Of a DNA stretch of 64,000 bases, positions 11,559 through 23,300 are shown in pieces. Position 1 is the stretch's first letter. Each line of letters starts with the position of its first letter. Made by a program: the position numbers and the translations under genes. Below the pieces are notes generated by a model. The model did not search any database. It worked only from the letters and a program-made list of their open reading frames with translations, and was not told the origin of the DNA. The stretch is from Balanoglossus misakiensis (Eukaryota > Animalia > Hemichordata), in the NCBI GenBank assembly GCA_040954595.2, contig CM082588.2, positions 372,001-436,000 on the forward strand. The letters run 5' to 3'.

Positions 11559-13988
11559 ATGCGAAGTCAGTCATGGGTAGTTTGTCATAGGTAGAGTAGT
11601 TGTGACAGGCATGCTATAGTCTCGCTGCAGTTCAGAGACATAGACACCCATTGGATAGTGTAAGAGAATATAGCCAAGGTATCCATCCTTTCATCCAATC
11701 AGGTCTGTCAGCAGTTTGGCCAGAAGGCCTGCCTACTCTCAGAAGAATACATGACAGAATCTGTTGATGTGATTTGGTTTGATGTGTATTTAAACGCACT
11801 AACTTCAAAGGTTTAAAAAACCCTTTCATGGAGATTGAATGCTGACCAAAATTGATCAGTCTGATAAAAAAAATGTCATATGGAATGTTTTGAAAACATT
11901 CAGAATTTTACTCACCATATTAGTTGCTGACAATATTAAATTGATCAGCAGGCTTTGGAGTACATCTCTGTATGTACATTTTAGACTTTATCCATACAAC
12001 ATGACTTATGCTAAATGCTTCTTTATAATGAAATATATATGTTTTTTATGTATTGTTGAATGAGTTTTTGTCAGTTTTCCTGTTTGCAAGTAGTTTTATT
12101 AAGTAGGTTATTTGAAAACTTGTGGTTTTACTGCCTCGTTCTCTTGTTAATGTGTTGGAAGAAAATGTCAAATTTTCTCTGTCATCACCATGGCAATTCC
12201 ATCTGATAAGTTTCCTTATAGTTGTCATAGTAACATCCCAGTCTTTGCAATGATTTTGTCACCAAATATTTCCACCAAATCAATGGCAAATACCGGTACT
12301 TTTTCCATTTGTCCAAAGCTTAGGTTGGATTGTTTAAAAATCAGGAATGGTTTTAATATTGGAAATGTGTGTCACTTACACCGACACACAGTATACAGCG
12401 TACAAACTTTCAATATGGTGCTGATTATAGCTTGAATATAACCTTCTGAAATATTACAAACAAGAACATCAGAATGTTTTCCAAGATTTTACTCTTGAAG
12501 TTTAGAATATTTTGTATTCATTGGAACAGTTTGTGTATTTGTTTGTGTATGGAATCAACTGAAAAATCTCTTTTGAGCAGAAATAGATATAGTCCAAATC
12601 TGTTGGACTCCTTGCTGATAAAAATTTTCTTTGATGACAAAGCAAGTTTTCTGAAAGGGAGAAAAACTATTATTACAACCAAAATACTCAGAAACTCATT
12701 TTGCACCTTCAATATTCTTATACATAGCAATATTTAACAGCTATTGGTAATGTGACACCTTCCTAATTAATTGATATTATAGCTTATACCTATATTTCTA
12801 TGTTTTTTAAAGTTTTTGCTTTTATATTGGCTTTTATATGCACACAGATATCATGTTATGTAATTATAGTAATTGTAATATTTGAGATGTTTTGAATACA
12901 CAGTATATCATTACAGATATGTGCCAAGCAGAATTGTTGTGCTGTGAACGTTTCTTAGCCTCTGCTGCATCAATTCCCAAGCTGTCACTCAAATGCTTTG
13001 ACCATTACTTGATCGACATTTCATAAACGTGAATCGGGCTCAAACTCGATTCTGAACGGTGGTGGCGCTCTCACCTTGCAAAGTCGGTGGGCCAGGAAAG
13101 GGCGATGGAACATCGAAAACATGTCCGCCCTCGAATGTATAAAAGAAAAAAACTTCATGGCCGATTATGTTTGTGCTGATACGTGTATCTGTTTACTTAC
13201 AGGGGTTTTACAGCTTTCAAACTATTTCTTTTACATCGATTTTGTCTCTTGTATTAGCATTTAATGCGCAACTTGAAAATCGACAAACAAGAAAGTCACA
13301 AAAGAAACTTAGAATCTTCAAGCCCACATGTTGTAAACTAAATGTGCACTCAATGTAATTAACGAAGAGATTGGCATTCCTCTATCGATGTCATACTCCC
13401 GCCAAAACATTAGTATGCAAGTCAACAGGTGACTTTCTTTCATTCGAATTGGATTCTCATGCAAATTTTCGGTGGAAATGCAAATTTGCCAGCCTGAATG
13501 TGTCAAAATCGCTTCTGATCTGGGGAAAACGATCATTCTCACTTTCCCTTTGAACAACCGCGGAAGTCCAGAACCGATCGAGGCACCGAACTTGGCAGTT
13601 TGATACCAGGAGTGGACTGATCGCCTCAGAAAAGACGATTCCAGCGGAGATCGATCGGGAATATATCTAAGGTGGGTGGGTGCGAATGTCGATTGGTGAA
13701 ACTGTTCTGATTTTACCGGTAAACAATGAATACTATTCCATAGTTGATCACAAACGGGCGAAAATGGTTTTTCCTTGGGGGTTTTCTCGACCGAACCTTT
13801 CATGCGTGATTGTGCCACCGGACATCAAGCCTGATCGCCAACTCGAGAAGAAGAAATAAGTCCAAACCCAGTCAACAATCCCGATTTGGAGACGAGACCC
13901 GTCCGATTGATCGTGATCGTGATCGCGTTCTTTCTTTCTTGCAGGACGATAAAACTGACCATTGGCGTTGACAGTCAAAAGCATAACA

Positions 13989-15464
13989 ATGAGAACGATT
14001 ATTGGGAAAAAACTTTCAACGTTCTTGAAAATAGTAATTGGATTTAATATGTGCATGTTTGCCATCCATTACAATACAGGTAAGTACTTTTTTAGTTCAA
14101 CTACCAATTTAGGCCAAAATATCTGCGAGACGAACACAAAGCGCGCTACCAGTACATGTTTTAAATCAGTTTGCGATGATGTAAAGTAGTCACTGATATA
14201 CAGGTGTGTACCAGGTGTACGGATGACAACTGACGACTCAACTGGGGGCGAGGGTGACAGGGGCAAAGCGCAGCGCCTCGGAAGGCCTATCCTCACTGCT
14301 TGAAGCATAAGTCAGGTGCACCTGTTTGACAAAAGAACTGACCAATCACTCCTTTTCTTTCTTTCAGTCAAATTGACACAGCTCAAAGGAGGCATCACTT
14401 CTTTTCATGTATCCAACCGAGATTTTTACTTTGCAATGGTAAGTTCGCGCAGCTTGCAAGACCATGCAGGCTTGTTAACATTTTTTGGAGTTTTTTTGCA
14501 TGTTCGTCACTCAATCCGCTTGTAAATAAACTATTCCAAGAAATATTCTTCTGGAGTGACGTGGTATTTTCTCCTTGATAGAACACTAGCTGGATACATT
14601 TCCTGTTATGCATATGCATACAAAATGGCATGAAACTTGTGGTTACTTTTTCAGAATTCAACGAACGATGTTTATGAAAACAGACGACGGCTGGTACACG
14701 ATGCATGCCTGGACCACTACACAGACAACGACAAGGTGGACTATGGACGGATACTGGTAGACCCGGCGCATTCCATTATGTATTGTCAGGTTGAGAAAGT
14801 AGGCAGTTCCAATTGGCTGCGTACGTTCCTCATTCTGGCCGGCGTGTTTTCGGTCAACGACACCATTCCTTGGAGCAGCATACCCAAAGTGTATGACCAC
14901 TACAGGCGACTGAGCCAACATGTCAACACCGAGCGCTTGGAATTCCTCAAGCAGTACACTAAGTTCATTTTCGTTCGACATCCCTTCAATCGGCTCCTGT
15001 CGGCGTACGCGAACAAGTTTGAGCGTCAACCGAGCAAGGAACTGATCGCCGACATTCAGCAAGAACTCCGGATAACACCGGAGTCGAATTCCTCCTCCGT
15101 TTTGGCTTTCCAAGACTTCGTGCGGTACTTGATCCTGACCCGCGAATCTGCCGAAACCTGGAACATCCACTACCGACCGATCTATTACCTGTGTTATCCC
15201 TGCAACGTTACGTATGACATCATAGGACAAATGGAAACCATCGCCGACGATTCATCATACATCCTAAATAATAAGATGGGCGTCGACTTCGAATTTCCCA
15301 ACTTTGTGCCCGGACGAACCAACAGCTCTCAGTCAGACATTCTCTACAAATACTTCAGTACACTAACAATACAACAAGTGCACGGACTCTACAAGATTTA
15401 TGAACTGGATTTCAAGCTTTTTGGATATCAGATGCCGAGTTTTCTGAATGTGACCATATCATGA
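13989..15464 (+). CDS. Golgi carbohydrate sulfotransferase (CHST8-14/HNK-1ST family, CHST11-like)
   Basis: Exons 13989-14079 (type II signal anchor), 14368-14438, 14655-15464, phases compatible. 5'-PSB motif YCQVEKVGSSNW, 3'-PB motif FVRHPFNRLLSAYANKF, plus HYRP..LCYPC and C-terminal YELDFKLFGY. Confidence 0.92.
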
Positions 15465-16280
15465 TTTTGTCAGAAATACTGTGCAAAACTAGAACACAAA
15501 GAGTTTTTATAGGATAGTTATGAAATAACCAGTTATTATTCTCGCCATCCAAATCCCACCATGAGTTAGAAAACACTTACGCATTCGCCAATATGCAAAT
15601 ATAACTACTGTTACCATGGTGCGGAAAATTAAAATATAGCCAATCAGATTTTCAGCGAGCGGTACACGAGAAAAAAAGTGTGCCATCACATGACATTCGA
15701 AGAGATAAATCATTTGACCATTCAATTGATATATGGACTAGTAAAGCTGATTCCTTTATTGTAAAATAAAACCCATTACAAACGTTTTGAATTATAATAC
15801 AATAAAGCTATTTTGATATATTTGCTTTTCACTCCATCAATTATCAATTGTCTGGGTTCTCATCCTGCGCCAGACTTGCTTTGCACCTTTGACCTACTCC
15901 ATAACTAGAAAGGAGGATTCTGTCACATGCTGGTCGATGATGTTATTTTCGTGTCGTCCAACCATTCATGATTGCAGACTGTTCAGACCATGATGAATGC
16001 GCTGTATGCAACATATTTGCGTTTGTATATCAGTAAACTACTGTTTATAACAATAGGCCGTAATATTGGTTCGGCGAGTGTGTGGGGTGACTGTGATTCT
16101 AGTTATCTCTGGTCACAGGGACTCTACTCTGGTCAATCGTCCTCGACCCTGACCAGTTTTGGTCCTCGAGTACTTCATAGGGGGCGCGCTCGATACCCTG
16201 CCTTATCAGTAACCTTTGACCCTGAAAGTCGATCTTGGTGACTGACCGAAGACAATACCAGTTGCAGGGATTTCCACAGA

Positions 16281-18821
16281 ATGGCGGAGCGGTTTGAAAG
16301 CGGTCCGAAGAAGCCTGCGTTTGAACCAGACACGCAAGGAAGGGAAGATACAGTTTACATGGAAAATGCCACCCTTTGTAGGACGGTGTGTCGGCCGTAT
16401 TGTATCTCGTGGGTGATAATACTTGGGTACATTTTGTTAGGTGGGCTAATCTTTAAGCTAGTTGAAACTCCACCACCGCCGAGTAACGTTGGCGTTGGGC
16501 AAAACTTCAATTCATCACAGCCCGAAACAGAAGTGGCAGTCAGCTCTGACATTCAAGCGAACATCACCAGGGCCAACTTGATCAAAAGTCTCCGTGACAC
16601 GTTGGTGGAGAACGAGACAAACTGGGCTGCCATTGCGGAAGACCTTCTTCTTGAGTACGAGACTCTACTGCGGTCACGGGAAGTCGAACCAAGGCCAATA
16701 GGTGACGACAGTGTTTACCAAACTGACAACGCATTCGCTGACTGGTTAAATTCGTGTTTCTTCTGTTTGACAGTGGTTACTACAATTGGTAAGTCCTTGC
16801 GTGTGTGTGTGTCTCTCTCTCTCTGTTTGTACTTTACTCTACTTTACATAATTCTTCGATGACAGCACGACTTACTAGTAGTATGCAAATTTACTTTGTA
16901 CATGCCTACATGGGTGTGTTCCAAAATTCGTTCATGCGAAACTCTTTCCTGTGAAATATAGCACTGGTATAAAACATGACACGTTCTTGGACGTGAATAA
17001 CATAAGACAATAACTGTAACTGACACTTTACGTCAAGACGGGTTTCCCTTTCGTGTTACGTAATACAATGTAAGGCGTAGGCAAGTAATGCGACGACACG
17101 TCGACATTGTCTAGACTCTCAATACGTTACCACGTGGAAACAGAAATATCGTCGTAGAACACGTTTGCAGTAAATACCATATATTCAGTTGGGGCAGTGC
17201 ACAGTTTCTATATTTTGTTCGGCAGCTGTGCAGTAATCACAATCTTAAGCGTATAATAAAAAAATCGTGTATTGTTAAGTATGCTACCATAGTAGTGTAC
17301 TATTGTTTGGTTTCAATGAGAACTGACATCAGTATGACTGTGTTAGTGATCTGTCAGAAGATAAAAACAATGGAATGCGTGCCCGCTGGTGAAAAGTCAG
17401 CTCATCTCACTGTGGAGAGAGGATAGTTAAGCTGACTATGAGCTGACTTGTTACCATTGTGAATATTGATATGACAGCCAGATGTGACGTTGCGCTGCTT
17501 TTTTTCTCATATACCATTTTGACGGAATTCTTCCGGATCTGGCGCGTTCAAAAGCGGTCTTTCCTATACAAGGAGGAGTTGATCCGTAAAAACCGGCAAT
17601 TCGGCATCTTTAAGAAAGAAGCTAAACGAACCAAAAGAAGCAACAAGAATAAATTAATATATTAAGAAATTAGCGCCCTCTTATTATGCGCATAAGTCAT
17701 TTCACAAGTGATCACGAAAAGAACGTTATATTCAGGTACGTATTTCATGCAATGAAATGCATTTTACACTGTCGAGAGATCCATCAAAGACCATGTTACA
17801 GGTTGTTGCTTCATGTTACCGACATAATTCGTCTACCAACTGGGACAGGAAACCAACTCAGATCCGCTCAATGTAATCATTATTGATCGTGTTTTCTTTT
17901 CTTTCAGGTTATGGCCACATGTTTCCACTGACACCGCTGGGGCAGGTAGTTTGCATATTCTACGCCGGTTTCGGGATTCCCATTTTTTTCCTGTACCTCG
18001 CTAAACTTGGTGAACTTTGTGCCGTCCCGGTGAAAAGAGCCTATGTCCTCTTCTCACGTTGTCTCAAGAGATCCAGCGGGACTGAGAAAACTGAAAAGAA
18101 TGACAGTAAAAGTAAAACTGAACATCACGAGCTTGATGATTTCCCGACAGGTATAGACAACTCAAGTTACGTTGCAGAAAATGACGTAGACAAATTAAAC
18201 CGTGATCTTGAGAATGGCCTGCTTACAGGTATGACGTCAGCCGAATATTTCAAGGACGATTCCCTTCTCTCGGATGACTTAGGATCATCGGACCAGAATG
18301 AAGTTGACCTTGGATGTTCGAATTCAGTTCGCAGCGAGTATTCGTCTGAAAAGGGTAGAAGTGACGATGAGACAGACCCGTTTTTAGAGCCAGAGACGAC
18401 AAATTCTTGTCCGAAACCACCACGCCAAAATTCCCTCTCGTCAATAAACGGTTATAAAAACGATACTTCAGAAGTCGATAGTCTCGACGGAGAAGTTCCT
18501 GTCGTAGTTTTGTCTCTTATACTCCTTGTATATATTCTGATATGTTCGGCAGTGTTTTCGTCCGTGGAGAACTGGTCTTACATCGAATCTATTTATTTTT
18601 GCGTCATCACATTTTCAACCATTGGTTTTGGAGATTACGTACCGGGTCACGACCGTGCCGTAAAACAGCTTTTTGTCGCCTGCTACATCATTCTGGGTAT
18701 GCTCATCACGTCAGCGTGCATTAATCTGTCACAGAAAAGAATCGGAATATTTGCCAGATCTTTTTTTAATTTTAACTGTCGATACTGTAACAAACAGTCG
18801 TCTTGCAGTTGTTGTGGATAA
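16281..18821 (+). CDS. Two-pore-domain (K2P) potassium channel, KCNK18/TWK-like with a long M2-M3 loop
   Basis: Exons 16281-16788 and 17908-18821. The intron splits pore 1 (TTIG/YG), the usual K2P intron position. Pore 2 is STIGFGD; four TM segments; cap region after M1. Confidence 0.93.
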
Positions 18822-20309
18822 TTTCGTTTATGGTCATATCGTCACGGTTGTCAAGGAAACAAATCGGTCATTTTAACGCACAAATGATACGCATGGAGAC
18901 ATTCCAAAATGTGCCTGTAAGAGTGTAGCCTCGTCCTCAACACTTTTATTCATGCCACGGGAACTTTGGCATGGATTTGAACTTTGCCAAGATAATTTTA
19001 ATTTTATTCGGGTTGTGTCAATCCATCCAAAGCTTTTAAAGGTATATTTACGCATGTACAATTTAAGATTTTATATGGAGTTATGTGGAATACCTAAGAA
19101 TATTGAGCAATAAAGGTTTATTTTAATGGTATTTCAGACTCACCCAGCTCTAATGGACTCGTCCAGACATTTTATTCTTAAGTCGTTTGTCACGTTTATC
19201 ACGTAGTCGTGTGTCCAAAATACACCTTTATCTGATAATCTTGAACGACAAATCACGGATGTTTCCTACGCACTTGAATTCCCGAGGGATCCTGTTGCTC
19301 GTTTTCCCAATACTGTTGAAATAGATAATCGGTTCGCCTTCTGTGATAAGGAGGTGTTTGAGGACAACTCTGCATTTCCATGAATAATCCGCTATAAACG
19401 AAGACGTGTTTCAGCCGTGCAGCGTGCTGCATGCCTGATGAAGACGACTTTGAGATTACCATAGTCTACATTGTGATGCGTAAAAGAAACTTTTATCGGA
19501 ACTTTCATGCAAGTATTTTGATGAAAGTTTTATGCATTTATACCATTGCCAGAAAACATGGGTGTACTGCCGCTTGGTGGCGCAATAAACAAATATTTGA
19601 GTGAATGGCACCGTGACCTTTATGATTTATGAAATGAAACTTAAGCTTCGAGAAATAACAAGCTCTCAGTTTACACAGGGACAAACATTTGATATCGCCT
19701 CTTATCTCGCAATCTTGCACTAACCACGATTTATGCAGAGGGTATTGAAGGAGACAGAAAGTAGAGCCTGGGATGTCAGCTGTAAAATGTATAGTTTAAA
19801 TCAGACTCCCGTTGCCGGGGAAACGCCAAGGATGGTGCATTATACTTTACGAATCTCATAAATACTTCACACCAAGAGACAGATTTGGAGCTTGAATTAA
19901 TCAATTCCCTTCGCATTTCCGGATAGTTTTGTCTTAGTAACGATACACTGTCATCGAATACTGGAAAATTAATGTATTTTGTATGTTACATTTATGCGCA
20001 TTATAGCAAATATATCTTCAGCGGTTGAATTATAGTGTTGTTGTTTTGAATATTGGTTCGTTCGCATAAAATTGGCACATTCCAAATATACCCCCGACAT
20101 GAATAGACTGGTTTGCCCTTCCTGGTAATAATCAGGGGTTATAGGTTATATACACGTAACGCCTCGAAACTTAAACATTTTCTCCAACAGCGCAACAGCG
20201 GGTGGCTTGTCCACTCTACCTCTTTAGCTGGTGTCGCTGAACAGAAATCAGGGCGAATCGAATCCACCCACGGGAAAAGTTTTACAAACGAGGCGTGCAG
20301 CTGCGCAAC

Positions 20310-23300
20310 ATGGCTAAGTCTCAGCCCCCGCAACAGTTTTACGTCAGTGCTGTCGCTGGCGTGGTGGCAATTTTAACCGCCGCTGCTCTTGTATCAGGAA
20401 GCGGGTTGCTCGCTTACTTTCTCCGACCATACGGCTGCGAATTGTTGGAAGATGTGCGCGATCCCCGACCGACCGCGAGACCGTCGTCATCGCCGCTACC
20501 GACGACCGCACCGAAAGAACCCTGGGAGAATCACCGGCTCCCAGACACACTTGAGCCGCTCGTTTACAACCTGAAGATTAAAGTCGATCTTGACGAATTT
20601 GTGATTGGAGGGAGCTCGGAGATCACCTTCACTTGTAAAGCAGCAACAAGATTTGTGATTTTGCACACCAAATTGCAGGAGATTGACACGGAGACTGTGA
20701 AAGTATGGCGTCGATCGGACAGGCAAATTTTAGAGCAGTCGGCCACTCCGAGTGTATATCCACAGACCCAGTACCTTGTCATAAAACTGTCGATGACATT
20801 GGAAGAAAATATTGAGTACGTGGTAAAGGTTGAGTACACGGGGGACCTTCAAGATGATTTGATAGGAATATACAGAAGTTCGTATCTGAACGATCAAGAG
20901 GAACGAAGGTTGGTCAACAAAAATTGCTAGCATGACCTGTCTGACTTTTTTGTCGCGCAAGCTTGTTTCTCATAATCACCAATTTATTTCTAGAAACTCA
21001 CTCACTATAAATATTTGTGAACATATGGCATATATAAATAACACTATTATAATAAACGGTACTTGTCTAAACGAAGTTAATAGTGTATTCCATGTTTTTC
21101 AACGATTACACCCACGTATTTCAAGTAAAGATTGAAGCGCAACTTTTCTTCTCAACAGATACTTAGCGGCGTCATTTTTCTCGCCAGCCAACGCACGCAA
21201 GGCTTTCCCTTGCTTCGACGAACCAGCCATGAAGGCCAATATCACAACAACTCTGGTGCACAGACCGGAATACGTGGCGTTGTCTAACATGCCAGCGACG
21301 GGTCAAGTTAGCGACGGTGCTGGGTGGATGGAAACAACGTTTGAACAGACTCCAAAGATGTCCACCTATGTGGTGGGGTTCTTTGTCAGTGATTTTAAAC
21401 ACGTAACGAACACTTCAAGGGACAGAGTTGAGGTATGTTGTCATTCCACACTCGAATGCTTCCACCATGTCTACCATTTAAATGCATTTGACAAATCATG
21501 ACTTTTTACGCTTGTGGGGGGGGGGGGACAATATGGAAAGTGCAACTCTTGTTCTTGCATAGGCATTCGCTAAAGATCCGTGACCGGACGACTTCCTAAG
21601 ATAACGAAAATAAAAGAGCCACTTCTATAATGTTCGATTAACACTATCACTGAAATCCCAACCTATTATCAGACTACTTGTGCTCTAACGAAGTCATAAC
21701 ATTATACGTGTCTGGCTATCTGGACATTTCCCCCATTAAATGATAAAATCAGACTTCTCCAAGATCCCTTCAGTTCGTGACCAGAAAACAAACTCGTGTT
21801 ACTATAATGTGTTGATCACTATGGTAAAGAGAAAAGCCTGACAAGGTTTCCAATGTCTTGTATGTGTTTTTGGTCTACCAATAGTTTCGTATATGGGCAC
21901 GAGAAAACGCCATAGACCAGGTACAATACGCCATGGACATAGCGATTCCTATTCTCGAATATTTTGAAGATTATTTTGACATCAATTTTCCATTGCCGAA
22001 AATAGGTTAGTGTACTGTTCCATTACTACTGAGTATCCGCAAGCATCTTTGGTGCCTCTGAATTCTCTGTTTGTCGTCCTGTTATCGTGTATTTTTCGTT
22101 TCATAGTGCATATGTATGCTGCAGTGCCATAAAATATGAACCTAACTTTGGATCTACATATTCTCCACCAATTTTCTTTCCGTAGACATGGCAGCCACTC
22201 CTGATTATGGTGCAGGGGGCATGGAGAATTGGGGACTCATTAACTACAGAGAAAGTGCATTCTTATACGATCCCCGAAGCACCACGTCGGTTACAAAACG
22301 AAGGATCGCCTCTGTAGTTTCCCACGAACTGGCTCACCAGGTAAACCCATGAACAGTTTGAGTTGGTGGGAATTTTTTGGCTTTACAGATACGTCTAAAT
22401 CTTTAGGGAAGCCAGTACTGCTGCAGTCTAAGCGAGCGCGACGTTGATAGGTCAGACCCTATCTTAACTTTGTTTCCATGACCTGTGGTTTTCCTGCAGT
22501 GGTTCGGAAACTTAGCCACGCACTGGTGGTGGGAAGACCTGTGGCTGAAAGAAGGATTCGCCAGTTTTATGGAATACTATGGCGTTGACTTGGTTGAACC
22601 AAGCTGGAAGATAGTAAGTTTGATCAATGATATTATTAGTGAATGCAATTTGTAACTCACACTGTCAGTGATGTTTGTCAGTCGACTGCACTAAACTGTG
22701 CGTAGAATACAATGCATAATGTAACCGGACAGATAATGATTATTTGATTCGCATTGCAGTTAGACCAATTTTTGATCCTTGATCTTCACAACGCACTCAG
22801 TCTGGACGCGCTGCTGACATCACATCCGATCTCGGTGCCTGTCAATCAAGTGGATGAGATCAATTCCATATTTGATGCCATTTCATACAACAAGGTAAAT
22901 GCCCATGGTTGTATTGAAGGTATACAGTCATCCCCAAATTACATACGCCTATATATTATTTGTAGCTCTACGCAGTGTGAACAGAATCAGCAGTTGTTTT
23001 TTCTTTCAAAACTGTAATTGATTACTGGCAGGCTTTATCCACACAGTGTTGCACAGGTTTTTGTTTTGGTCAGGATAATTAATAAGCTTACATTTAACGT
23101 CCACCATTTTTTTACGCAGGGCGCATCTGTGATAAGAATGCTACGTTATTTCATTGGAGAAAGTACGTTCAAGAAAGGATTGAAAGTAGGTTCATGTAGA
23201 TGAGTCGACACATCATCGTTTTGAGCTTTCACGCAAACAGCTCCAACTGGAATACAAAGGAATGTGGACTCAGTACAATCAGAGACATTGCATCTTGAGA

